The notes under the pieces were generated by a model that searched no databases, was not told where the DNA came from, and saw only the letters and a program-made list of their open reading frames with translations. Below, piece after piece: positions 14,166-23,041 of a stretch of 32,000 nt of DNA (positions within the stretch are counted from its first letter, which is position 1; each line of letters begins with the position of its first letter). A program made the position numbers and the translations under genes. Location: assembly GCA_022824205.1 (NCBI GenBank), contig JAJEAI010000056.1, positions 1 through 32,000 on the forward strand, given 5' to 3'. Source of the DNA: Candidatus Binatia bacterium (GTDB lineage: Bacteria > Desulfobacterota > Binatia > UBA9968 > JAJDTQ01).

Positions 14166-16259
14166 ATGATGGAGAAAGAAAGCCTTTTCGTGAACCGTGA
14201 GATCTCGTGGATGGAGTTCAACCGGCGCGTGCTCGACGAGGCCCTGAACGACGAGGTGCCGCTGCTGGAGCGCGTGAAGTTCCTGGCCATCTTCAGCTCC
14301 AACCTCGACGAGTACTTCATGGTGCGAGTGGCGCGGCTCAAGCGACGCATCCGCGAAGGTGATGCGCAACCCGGCCCCGACGGCATGACCCCGACGCAGA
14401 CGCTGCACGGCATCTCGGAGATGGCACGCCGCCTGTCGACGCTGCAGCACGCCTGCTTCCTGGAGAAGGTGCTGCCGCGGCTCGGGGACGAGGGCATGCA
14501 CATCGTCCAGGGCGACCAGCTCACCGGGCCCCAGCAAGCGTTCCTGGAAGATTACTTCAACCGCACCGTGTTCCCGGTGCTGACGCCCCTGGCCATCGAT
14601 CCGGGGCATCCGTTCCTCTACCTGGCGAACCGCGGGCTTTGCCTCGTGGCCGCGCTGAACCCGACGAGCGACTCCGACTCCGTGCTGCCCGATGCGAACC
14701 TCTCGGTGGTCCACACCCCGGCCCACGTGATCCCGCGCTTCATCGAGCTGCCCTCGGACGACGGCGCGCACCGGTTCATCCGGCTGGAGGAGGTACTGAG
14801 GATGTACCTGCCGCAGCTCTACCGGGGCTACGAGATCCTCTCCTGCCATGCGTTGCGGGTGACCCGGGACGCGGAGTACGAGCCCACCGCCAAGATCCGC
14901 TCCGACGACCTGCTCCAGAGCATCGAGCAGGGCATCAAGGAGCGGCGCATGGGCGGGGCGGTACGCCTGCAGCACGACGAGGACATGCCCGAGCACATCC
15001 TGTCGCTGTTCGTCGATGAGTTGGAACTGGGGCAAGAGGACCTGTACGCGGGCAAGGGGTTCACCGCCTTCACCGACCTGTTCGAGCTGTACGCGAAGCT
15101 GGACCTGCCGCACCTCAAGGACCGCCCGTTCGCGCCGCTGCCCGTGAAGGCGTTCGAGGGAGGCGGGAACATCTGGAGCACGATCCGGCATTCGGACGTT
15201 CTGGTGCAGCATCCCTATCACTCCTTCGACGCCGTCACCCAATTCGTGGACGAGGCCGCGGAGGACCCCAACGTCCTCGCCATCAAGATGACGCTCTACC
15301 GCGTGAGCCCCAGTTCGCCCATCGTGCAGTCGCTGGGCAAGGCGGCGGAAGCCGGCAAGGAAGTGGCGGTGCTGCTGGAACTCCAGGCGCGCTTCGACGA
15401 GGAGGCCAACATCTCCTGGGCGCGCACGCTGGAGAACGTGGGCGCCCACGTGGTCTACGGCATCGTCGGCCTCAAGACCCACTGCAAACTGTGCCTGGTG
15501 GTGCGCCGGGAGGCCGGGGAAATCCGCCGCTACTGCCACCTGGGAACCGGCAACTACAACGCACGCACCGCCAGCATCTACAGCGACTTCAGCCTGTTCA
15601 CCGGACGCGACAGCTTCGGCGAGGACGTGAACGAGGTATTCAACCTGCTCACCGGCTACACCCGGCAACGCCGGCTCAACAACCTGGTGGTGGCTCCCGC
15701 CGACCTGCGCGACGCTTTCGTGGACCGCATCCGGCGCGAGGTGGCGCACGTCGAGGCCGGCCGTCCCGGCCGCATCGTCGCCAAGCTCAACAGCCTGGTG
15801 GATCCCCGCCTGATCGAGGAACTCTACGCGGCAAGCCGCGCGGGCGTGTCCATCGACCTCATCGTGCGCGGCATCTGCTGCCTGCGTCCGGGAGTGCAGG
15901 GGCTTTCCGAGAACATCCGCGTCCGCTCCATCATAGACCGCTACCTGGAGCACGCGCGCGTGTACCACTTCGCCAACGGCGGCGACCCGGACTACTTCCT
16001 GGCGTCGGCGGACTGGATGCCGCGCAACCTCGACCGCCGCGTCGAGGTGGCCTTCCCCGTGCCGGAGCCGGGGTTGCAAAGGACCATCGACGAAGTGCTT
16101 TCCCTGCAACTGCGCGACAACACCAAGGCGTGGGACATCCTTCCCGACGGCACCTCGCAGCGGCTCGCGCGCAACGGCGCAACGCCGGTGCGCTCCCAGG
16201 AAGAGACCTACTCCGTGCTGGGCTCCCCGCTCGACGCCAACCGGGCGGTGGATGACTGA
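14166..16259 (+). CDS. ppk: Polyphosphate kinase 1
   Basis: 697 aa. The N-terminus FVNREISWMEFNRRVLDEALNDEVPLLERVKFLAIFSSNLDEYFMVRV is the canonical PPK1 start. The autophosphorylation-region His is in KTHCKLCLVVRRE, followed by two C-terminal PLD-like domains. Confidence 0.95.
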   Translation: MMEKESLFVNREISWMEFNRRVLDEALNDEVPLLERVKFLAIFSSNLDEYFMVRVARLKRRIREGDAQPGPDGMTPTQTLHGISEMARRLSTLQHACFLEKVLPRLGDEGMHIVQGDQLTGPQQAFLEDYFNRTVFPVLTPLAIDPGHPFLYLANRGLCLVAALNPTSDSDSVLPDANLSVVHTPAHVIPRFIELPSDDGAHRFIRLEEVLRMYLPQLYRGYEILSCHALRVTRDAEYEPTAKIRSDDLLQSIEQGIKERRMGGAVRLQHDEDMPEHILSLFVDELELGQEDLYAGKGFTAFTDLFELYAKLDLPHLKDRPFAPLPVKAFEGGGNIWSTIRHSDVLVQHPYHSFDAVTQFVDEAAEDPNVLAIKMTLYRVSPSSPIVQSLGKAAEAGKEVAVLLELQARFDEEANISWARTLENVGAHVVYGIVGLKTHCKLCLVVRREAGEIRRYCHLGTGNYNARTASIYSDFSLFTGRDSFGEDVNEVFNLLTGYTRQRRLNNLVVAPADLRDAFVDRIRREVAHVEAGRPGRIVAKLNSLVDPRLIEELYAASRAGVSIDLIVRGICCLRPGVQGLSENIRVRSIIDRYLEHARVYHFANGGDPDYFLASADWMPRNLDRRVEVAFPVPEPGLQRTIDEVLSLQLRDNTKAWDILPDGTSQRLARNGATPVRSQEETYSVLGSPLDANRAVDD

Positions 16260-16303
16260 GCGAGACCGGCCTCGGTGGCGGGTTCGCGGTTCCCTGAATC
16301 GAG

Positions 16304-17722
16304 ATGCAACATTCGACTCCACAGACACCGCAACCGTCCGTGGATGCATCCGCGGGTGCGGCAGCGCGCGAAGTAGCGCTCGAAAACATCGTCATGTGGA
16401 CCGGGCTCGGCCGCTACGACGACGTGCGCCGGCTGCTGGCCGATTTCCATCCCGCCGACATCGCGGAGTTGCTGGACCAGCTCGACGAACCACGGGTACG
16501 GCAGCGAGTGTTCGGCCTGCTGTCCGAGGAGACGGCCTCCGCGGTGCTGAGCCTGATCTCGCCGGAAGCGCGCGACGAGTTGGTGGCCGACCTCTCGGAC
16601 CGGGAACTGGCCGAGCTGGTGGAGGAGCTGGACACCGACGATGCCGCGGATCTGCTGGACGCCCTGCCGGAAGAGCGCGCCCCCACCGTCCTGGCGGAGA
16701 TGCCGTCGGAGCTGGCGGAGGAAATCGGCGACCTCCTGGACCACCCGCCGGACAGCGCCGGCGGCATCATGCAGACGGAGTACGTGTCGGTACCGCAGTA
16801 CGCCACCGTGGAGCAGGCCATCGGCATCATCCGCCGGGCGCATGACGACGTGCCCGAGGTCCACGACGTCTTCGTAGTGAACGTGGAGCGGCGCGTCACC
16901 GGCATCCTGCCCCTCAGCAACCTGGTGCTGGCGCGCCCCGACGAATCCGTCGCCCACATCATGGAGCGGCCGGTGATCTCCGTGCCCGTGGCGATGCCGC
17001 AGGACGAGGTCGCCCGCGTCCTGCAGAAGTACGACTTCGTCACGGTCCCGGTGGTGGACGACCAGGACCGGCTCGTGGGCCGGGTCACCATCGACGACGT
17101 GGTGGACGTCATCGAGGAGGAAGCCAGCAAGGACATCTACGCCATCGCCGGCGTCGAGAGCGAGTCCATCAACCTGGCGCGGGACTCCGTGTTCAAGCGC
17201 GTGGGCGAACGCTTCTCGTGGGTGGTGACCACGGTGCTGCTGGGGCTCGTGGTGGCCCTGGTGATCTCCAAGGTCTTCGTGGAGACCTTCGAGAAGATGG
17301 CGCTCCTGGCCGCGTTCCTCCCGGTGATCATCGCCACCGCCGGCGCCGTGGGGCTCCAGTCCTCCACCCTGGTGGTGCGCGCCATCGCCCTCGGCACCCT
17401 CTCGCTCCAGCGCGTCTTCTCGGTGATCCTCTACGAAGCCGCCACCGGCCTGGTCCTGGGCGCAAGCTGCGGCCTCATCACCGCCGCCGCCAGCTACCTC
17501 ATCAACATGGGCACCCCCGACATCCTCCAGCTCTCCTTCGCTGTGCTCATCGGCATGGTCATCTCCGTCACCACCGCCGCCTGCGTCGGCACCGTCCAGC
17601 CCATCATCTTCTACAAGCTCAACCGCGACCCCGCCGTCGCCGCCGGCCCGCTGGTGACCGCGTTCAACGACCTGCTGGGAACGACGTTGTACCTGGTGGT
17701 GGCGACGGCGTTGCAGGCGTAG
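16304..17722 (+). CDS. mgtE: Magnesium transporter MgtE
   Basis: 472 aa. MgtE N-domain (FHPADIAELLDQLD), tandem CBS domains (PVVDDQDRLVGRVTIDDVVDVIEEEASKDI) and a C-terminal 5-TM divalent-cation transporter domain. It starts 44 nt after the ppk stop. Confidence 0.9.
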   Translation: MQHSTPQTPQPSVDASAGAAAREVALENIVMWTGLGRYDDVRRLLADFHPADIAELLDQLDEPRVRQRVFGLLSEETASAVLSLISPEARDELVADLSDRELAELVEELDTDDAADLLDALPEERAPTVLAEMPSELAEEIGDLLDHPPDSAGGIMQTEYVSVPQYATVEQAIGIIRRAHDDVPEVHDVFVVNVERRVTGILPLSNLVLARPDESVAHIMERPVISVPVAMPQDEVARVLQKYDFVTVPVVDDQDRLVGRVTIDDVVDVIEEEASKDIYAIAGVESESINLARDSVFKRVGERFSWVVTTVLLGLVVALVISKVFVETFEKMALLAAFLPVIIATAGAVGLQSSTLVVRAIALGTLSLQRVFSVILYEAATGLVLGASCGLITAAASYLINMGTPDILQLSFAVLIGMVISVTTAACVGTVQPIIFYKLNRDPAVAAGPLVTAFNDLLGTTLYLVVATALQA

Positions 17723-17738
17723 GCGGGTATTGTTTGCC

Positions 17739-17909
17739 TCATTCATCACGCTCGGCGAGAAACCGATCGAGGGCACCGGGTCGCCGCGCGACCGGCTTCA
17801 GGGGTTGCCTGGGCTCGCCCGACCTGATCAGGATTCCTTGCCGTTCCAGGTCATCAAGCCGTGCTTCAATCGTATCGAGTGACTTTCGTTCGGTATGTTC
17901 GGTATCCAT
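17739..17909 (-). CDS. Small hypothetical protein (56 aa), possibly an orphan antitoxin-like protein; not in the supplied ORF track
   Basis: Manual translation: MDTEHTERKSLDTIEARLDDLERQGILIRSGEPRQPLKPVARRPGALDRFLAERDE. It starts 12 nt after the stop of the upstream gene and has only a weak RBS. No partner toxin lies downstream. Confidence 0.3.
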   Translation of the reverse strand: MDTEHTERKSLDTIEARLDDLERQGILIRSGEPRQPLKPVARRPGALDRFLAERDE

Positions 17910-17921
17910 GTCCGTTTGAAC

Positions 17922-19163
17922 CTACTGAAGAGTACAGCCCTGCTGCCCGCGGCGCAGGCACGCCAGGTTGTGATGGAAGACCGCCGCCTGGGCGCGGGCG
18001 AAGCCGGCGCGGTCGGCGCCGCTCTCGCGGCTTCGCCGGTACCGCGCCCAGTCGCCGTCGTTGCCGTCGCGCCAATAGCCGTCGAGGACCTGGGCGGGCA
18101 GCGGCTTGAGTTGAGGGCGGGTGTTGTAGCGCGCGCCGGGCGGGCCGTCGCGGCCGGGGAGGCGGCGGCGCTCGCCCAGGAAGCCATGGAAGGCGTAGAA
18201 GGCATCGCTGCCGGGGAGGAACTGCACCTCGTAGTCCACGGTGCGTTCCGGGTCGGTGATGTCGTCCGCGGACATGGTCGGCCGCTCGCCGAAGCCCATC
18301 ATGAAGGCCCTGGCTTCGGAGTCGAGGAACCGCACCGCGCGTCGGACGGTGCGGCCGGGCGCGTGCGGGTACAGCTCGTTCGAGCGGATGGCGATATCGA
18401 TGTCGAACCGTCCGTCGCGTCCCAACTCCACCGACTCGCCCACCAGGTAGGTGCGCAGGTAGTTGTGTTGCTGCAGGGTGAGGGCAACGGGACGCTCGGC
18501 CGCGTCCAGCACCACGAATGCGGCGGTGTAGTGGTCGAGTTGGTGCCAGTCGTCCAGGTCCGCCACGAGCCGTAGCGGGAGGGCGAACGCCAGGGGCAGC
18601 GCCGCGGGCAGGCCGCTCACGCGGAAGACCAGGTGGTAGGTGACGACGGTGAACTCCTCGGGCGCCTGTCCATCTTGCCGCGGCGCCCACAAGCCGGTGC
18701 GCTCCACCGCGGCGTAGACCACGGGATGCGGCCGGCCGTCGCCGGGCACGTGCGTGAACTCGGCGCGAACGTCGTCGCGGTAGCGGTTGAGGTCCGCGGG
18801 CGTGGGACCGTCGATGCGGACGCCGTCGCCGGTCACCAGGTAACCGTGGGCGATGTAGTCGCGGTAGAAGTCGATGGGGCCTTCGTGGCCCGCGGGCAAG
18901 TGGAAACGCAGCGCATGCCGGTGGGCCAGGGCCTGGTCGGCCGGGTCCGCGGCCGCCGGCGGCGGATTCGCGGCAAAGTACTCGGCGAACCCTGGATACT
19001 GCGAGAAATTGCGGTCAGCGGCCACGGCGGACGCACAGAACACCACCAGCAGAAGGCCCGCGATGCAACCCCACAGGGTTAAAGTTCTCGCGAAACCTGG
19101 CGACAGGTACTCATAGAGGCCCTGTGAGCGCCGAGTTTGATCGATCGATCCAGGTTTTGACAT
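17922..19163 (-). CDS. Secreted or membrane-anchored hypothetical protein (413 aa), no family recognised
   Basis: Start trimmed to ATG 19163. The N-terminus has a signal-like segment TLTLWGCIAGLLLVVFCASAVAADR (AVA-A cleavage-type site). Codon usage is consistent with the neighbouring genes. I recognise no catalytic motif with confidence. Confidence 0.6.
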   Translation of the reverse strand: MSKPGSIDQTRRSQGLYEYLSPGFARTLTLWGCIAGLLLVVFCASAVAADRNFSQYPGFAEYFAANPPPAAADPADQALAHRHALRFHLPAGHEGPIDFYRDYIAHGYLVTGDGVRIDGPTPADLNRYRDDVRAEFTHVPGDGRPHPVVYAAVERTGLWAPRQDGQAPEEFTVVTYHLVFRVSGLPAALPLAFALPLRLVADLDDWHQLDHYTAAFVVLDAAERPVALTLQQHNYLRTYLVGESVELGRDGRFDIDIAIRSNELYPHAPGRTVRRAVRFLDSEARAFMMGFGERPTMSADDITDPERTVDYEVQFLPGSDAFYAFHGFLGERRRLPGRDGPPGARYNTRPQLKPLPAQVLDGYWRDGNDGDWARYRRSRESGADRAGFARAQAAVFHHNLACLRRGQQGCTLQ

Positions 19164-19239
19164 TACCGCGGCTTCCTGGTGCAATGGATCGTTGCAGTCG
19201 AAACCGGGCGGGAAGCACAACACGTTCGGAGACGACCCG

Positions 19240-19494
19240 ATGAGCATGATTGTGACGGAGCTCTACGACGCCCTTAAGGAAGCCGGAGCCACGGAGGAGA
19301 AAGCCAGGGCCGCGGCCGGCGCCATCCCCATGGTCGAGAACCTCGCCGGCAAACAAGACCTTGCCGAACTGAAGGCTGAACTGAAGGGGGACATCGCGGT
19401 CGTGAAGCGTGACGTCGCGGTGCTGAAGCTCGCGGTGTTCAGCTTTCTGCCAACCATCGTGGCTCTGCTTGTGAAGCTGGTCTTCTTCCCCTGA
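19240..19494 (+). CDS. DUF1640-like small coiled-coil protein with C-terminal membrane anchor
   Basis: 84 aa: MSMIVTELYDALKEAGATEEKARAAAGAI...KQDLAELKAELKGDIAVVKRDVAVLKLAVFSFLPTIVALLVKLVFFP. The architecture matches bacterial DUF1640 proteins. GGAGA lies 7 nt upstream of the ATG at 19240. Confidence 0.55.
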   Translation: MSMIVTELYDALKEAGATEEKARAAAGAIPMVENLAGKQDLAELKAELKGDIAVVKRDVAVLKLAVFSFLPTIVALLVKLVFFP

Positions 19495-19632
19495 CCTCGC
19501 CCTCGTCGTCGCGCCGGGCGACAACGAAGAATCCCCCGCACATGGTTACGCGAATTGGCCGGATACCCTGTTCGTGTCGTGTCCCGCAAATTCCTGCGAT
19601 AACTTGCTCACGGGAATTTACCAGACACCACA

Positions 19633-20556
19633 TTAGCGCCCGTGTTTCCAGCCAGGACGTGGGCGCAACTCCCGCTTGAGGCCGCCCGCGTCCAGCTTCG
19701 CCCGGTGAAGATACGCCGTAAGCGAACCGTACCCCGTGTCGCCGGTGAAGCGGACCGGTACCGGCGGCGTTTCGTCGAATACCCGCGCCATGTGGACTTG
19801 CACATCGGTGTGATGGCGGTCCCGGCGGCGCCGGGATTTCGGATCGAATCCGGCCTTCTTTTCGAGACGGAGGCGGCAGTTGACCGTGGGGCCGGCGAAG
19901 GGAGAGAACCGGCTGGCTTTCAGCCGGCCGACTCCGGCTTCGTGCAGCTCACCCACGAGTTCATACAGGCGCCGGCCGGTAAAGACCGGTATCCGCATCT
20001 CGCATCCGTGACCGTCGAGCCGGGAAAGCACGGCAAGCAAGGTGCCGGCGGGATCGAGAGCACCCTTGAGTTGGGCCGGGGAGACCGAGGGCCTGTTCGC
20101 GCGTTTCCGGCGCGGCTTCATGCGCACGATCCTCGGCGTCCCTTCGTCGAAGCCAAGCTCCACCAGACGCTTCTTGCGCCACCGCTTGCTGCTGTAGCCC
20201 GCCCGGACCGGCACGATGTCCCCGGAAACGAGGGCGCCGCGCGAATAGGCCGTGGTCTTCAAGCGGGTGAGGGTCTTGACCACGCCGGTGGTCCTCAAGC
20301 GCACACGCACGGCGTAAGTAGACGCACCGAGGTCGAACGCGGCGGCGTCCCGGTCATACGACGCGGCGTCGAACACGACGCCGAGATCGAGGTTGGCGGC
20401 ATGGATACCGGCGAAATATGCCCTGTAGGAAAGTTGCAGCCGGCCTTCTCCCGCGTCCGCGGTGGACAGGAGGAGAGACCCCGCGAGGGCGGCCAGGCAC
20501 AGGCAGCGCCCCACGAACCATCCGTCCCGCCATGCTGCTGCAACCGCCGAGCGCAT
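19633..20556 (-). CDS. DUF3108-like secreted protein
   Basis: Trimmed to MRSAVAAAWRDGWFVGRCLCLAALAGSLLLSTADA (signal peptide), followed by LQLSYRAYFAGIHAANLDLGV..., a beta-rich sequence in the style of DUF3108. Confidence 0.5.
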   Translation of the reverse strand: MRSAVAAAWRDGWFVGRCLCLAALAGSLLLSTADAGEGRLQLSYRAYFAGIHAANLDLGVVFDAASYDRDAAAFDLGASTYAVRVRLRTTGVVKTLTRLKTTAYSRGALVSGDIVPVRAGYSSKRWRKKRLVELGFDEGTPRIVRMKPRRKRANRPSVSPAQLKGALDPAGTLLAVLSRLDGHGCEMRIPVFTGRRLYELVGELHEAGVGRLKASRFSPFAGPTVNCRLRLEKKAGFDPKSRRRRDRHHTDVQVHMARVFDETPPVPVRFTGDTGYGSLTAYLHRAKLDAGGLKRELRPRPGWKHGR

Positions 20557-20710
20557 TCGTAGAGTAAACCAAGGGAAGGCCGGTTGGGCAACCGCCGCGG
20601 TGGTCCCGCGGACCCTGGCTCCGCCGGCTCGCCCTATCACGCGGCGGGTTGCCTCGACCCGCCGGATGATAATATGCATGGGGATGCAACTTCCCCGAGG
20701 AGGCATCCGC

Positions 20711-20953
20711 ATGGAGACTCTGTTCAACAGCCCCGACCAGTTCAAGAGCCGCTTCGCGACGGTCGGCGGCTACAAGACCCACTACATCGAAGCGGGGGAG
20801 GGAAACCCCCATAAGCTGCTGCTGGTTCACGGCGGCGCCATCGAGGTGGGCATGGGCTGCTACCGCTGGTACGCCAACATCATCGCCCTGGCGAAGAAGT
20901 TCCACGTCCTCGCCATCGATGAGCTGGTGACGTGGTTCCTGGGGAAAGAGTAG
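20711..20953 (+). pseudogene. N-terminal remnant (80 codons) of an alpha/beta-hydrolase (meta-cleavage-product hydrolase-like)
   Basis: METLFNSPDQFKSRFATVGGYKTHYIEAGEGNPHKLLLVHGGAIEVGMGCYRWYANIIALAKKFHVLAIDEL matches the first strands of BphD/MhpC-type hydrolases. It stops before the nucleophile-elbow GxSxG motif. It retains a GGAGG RBS. Confidence 0.6.
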
Positions 20954-20978
20954 CGTTCGTGACGCCCGGGGAGGAAGA

Positions 20979-22199
20979 TTGAGTCGCACGACCCCGCTTC
21001 GCCCCGGCGAATTCCTGGCCCTCGTCGCCCTGTTGATGTCGCTTCCCGCGCTGTCGACCGACGCGATGCTGCCGGCGTTGCCCGCCATCGGCCACGACCT
21101 CGGGGCACCGCGGCGGAACGATGTCCAGTTCGTCATCACGGCGATGCTCATGGGGCTCGCCCTCGGTCAGATCGTTTTCGGCCCGCTCTCCGATCGCGTT
21201 GGACGCAAACCCGCCATCCATGCCGGCCTCGGCCTGTACATGGCGGGGTGCCTCATGAGCGTCTTCGCTCCCGTCTTCGAGGTGATGATCGCGAGCCGCA
21301 TCGTCCAGGGCATCGGAGTGGCGGGGCCGCGCATCGTGATCATCGCCCTCGTGCGCGACCAGTACGAGGGACGGCAAATGGCGCGTCTCATGTCGTTCGC
21401 CATCGCCGTGTTCATCCTCGTCCCCACCGTCGCTCCGGCCCTCGGACAGGGCATCCAGTGGCTGGCGGGCTGGCGCGCGATATTCGGCACGTTCTTCGCC
21501 GTCGCCGCCATCGGATTCGCCTGGCTTGCGCTCCGGCAGCCGGAAACACTGCCGGCGGACCGTCGGCGCCCCCTCTCGCCACGGAGCGTGGGTGGTGCCG
21601 TTCTGGAAGTCCTGCGTATTCGGACCGCGCGCGGATATGTCCTCGCCACCGCTTGCGCGTTCGCGCCGTTCATCGCCTACCTGAGTTCCGTCCAGCAGAT
21701 CTTCCAGGAAGGCTACAACGTCGGCGCCCTCTTTCCGGTCTATTTCGGCGCTCTGGCACTGGCCATCGGCGGCGCCTCGCTCATGAACGCCCGCTTGGTG
21801 CTAAGGTACGGCATGCGCCGGATCACCAGGGCGGCGGCGTTGTCCATCACGCTGGTCTCCGTCGCGGCGTGGGCGCCGGCCTCCGCCTTCAACGGGCTTC
21901 CCCCGCTGTGGCTGTTCATGGCCTATCTGCTCGTCGTCTTCGTGAGCTTCGGACTCCTCTTCGGCAATCTCAACGCGCTCGCCATGGAGCCACTGGGCCA
22001 CATCGCCGGCGTGGGAGCGGCCGTGGTCGCTTCGGTCCCCACCTTCATCGCGGTGCCGTTCGGAGCGTTCGTGGGCCAGACCTTCGACGGCACCATGTAT
22101 GCCCAGATCGCCGCTTTCGCGGTCTTTGGAGCGGGGGCCTTCGCAGCGATGAGATGGGCCGAGCGCGGCTCGGAGCAGGACGAGAGAAAGGCCTGTTGA
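20979..22199 (+). CDS. MFS transporter, Bcr/CflA-type drug-resistance efflux family
   Basis: 406 aa, 12-TM type. Motifs LSTDAMLPALPAIGHDLG and GPLSDRVGRKP (MFS motif A) are typical of Bcr/CflA transporters. TTG start at 20979 is preceded by GGGAGGAAG. Confidence 0.8.
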   Translation: MSRTTPLRPGEFLALVALLMSLPALSTDAMLPALPAIGHDLGAPRRNDVQFVITAMLMGLALGQIVFGPLSDRVGRKPAIHAGLGLYMAGCLMSVFAPVFEVMIASRIVQGIGVAGPRIVIIALVRDQYEGRQMARLMSFAIAVFILVPTVAPALGQGIQWLAGWRAIFGTFFAVAAIGFAWLALRQPETLPADRRRPLSPRSVGGAVLEVLRIRTARGYVLATACAFAPFIAYLSSVQQIFQEGYNVGALFPVYFGALALAIGGASLMNARLVLRYGMRRITRAAALSITLVSVAAWAPASAFNGLPPLWLFMAYLLVVFVSFGLLFGNLNALAMEPLGHIAGVGAAVVASVPTFIAVPFGAFVGQTFDGTMYAQIAAFAVFGAGAFAAMRWAERGSEQDERKAC

Positions 22200-22262
22200 A
22201 ACTGGCGCCGACAACGTGCACGCTGGTCCAAACTCGTCGCAGGGCGAAAGGAGCACAGTTCC

Positions 22263-23027
22263 ATGAAAGGTCTCATCGCATTCTTGATGGCCGCATTCAT
22301 CGCGGGGCTGTTGTCCAACGCACGCGTGGCATATGCGGAGCCGGGCGTACCCAATCCGTTGCGCATCGGCAGCGAAGGCTACTACCCGCCATTCAACTTC
22401 GTCGACCAGTCGGGTCAACTCAAGGGATTCGACATCGACATCGCCATGGCGCTCTGCGAGCGGCTGAAGGTGGAGTGCAAGCTGCTGGCGCAGGATTGGG
22501 ACGGCATCATCCCGGCGCTTCTGGCGGGTAAGTACGACGCCATCGTGGCCAGCATGTCGATCACCGACGAGCGCAAGAAGGTGGTGAGCTTCACCGACAA
22601 GTACTACAGCAACAAGGTGCGCTTCGTGGCCGCCAAGGGCGGAGGCTTCGACCCCGGGAAACTCGACGGCAAGACCATCGGCACCCAGCGCGCCACCATT
22701 GCCGCGAACTGGCTGGCGAAGAACGCCGGCGGCGCAAAGGTGAAACTCTACGACAAGCAGACCGATGCCTATCTCGACCTGGCTGCCCGAAGGCTCGACG
22801 CCATCTTCGCCGATGGGTTGGTGCTTCACGAATGGCTGAAGACCAAGGCGGGCGCCGGTTTCGAGATGGTGGGCGACGCCTACGAGCTGGACGAGGGCAT
22901 CGGCATCGCCGTGCGCAAGGAGGACAACGTGCTGCGGCAACGGCTCAACGCCGCGCTCGCCGCCATGCTCGCGGACGGCACCTACGCCACGATCAACGCG
23001 CGGTACTTCCCCTTCAGCATCTACTAG
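22263..23027 (+). CDS. Polar amino-acid ABC transporter, periplasmic binding protein (HisJ/ArgT/octopine-binding-like)
   Basis: 254 aa with signal peptide. Sequence LRIGSEGYYPPFNFVDQSGQLKGFDIDIAMALCERLKVECKLLAQDWDGIIPALLAGKYDAIVASMSIT is typical of type-3 SBPs. AAGGAG lies 9 nt upstream of the start. Confidence 0.85.
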   Translation: MKGLIAFLMAAFIAGLLSNARVAYAEPGVPNPLRIGSEGYYPPFNFVDQSGQLKGFDIDIAMALCERLKVECKLLAQDWDGIIPALLAGKYDAIVASMSITDERKKVVSFTDKYYSNKVRFVAAKGGGFDPGKLDGKTIGTQRATIAANWLAKNAGGAKVKLYDKQTDAYLDLAARRLDAIFADGLVLHEWLKTKAGAGFEMVGDAYELDEGIGIAVRKEDNVLRQRLNAALAAMLADGTYATINARYFPFSIY

Positions 23028-23041
23028 TGCGGTGGTTCCCC

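Noticed and set aside
16260-16303. Possible M-box (Mg2+) riboswitch upstream of mgtE.
   Set aside because: The gap is only 44 nt, far too short for the ~160-nt M-box aptamer, and no conserved M-box segments are visible.
19581-19619. The 11-nt string gtcccgcaaat is shared with the MITE terminus, and a weak hairpin (aaattcc / ggaattt, 18-nt loop) lies between the convergent DUF1640 and DUF3108 genes.
   Set aside because: The identity is only 11 nt and does not extend further. The hairpin has a 7-bp AT-rich stem with a large loop. This is insufficient to call a second MITE end or a terminator.
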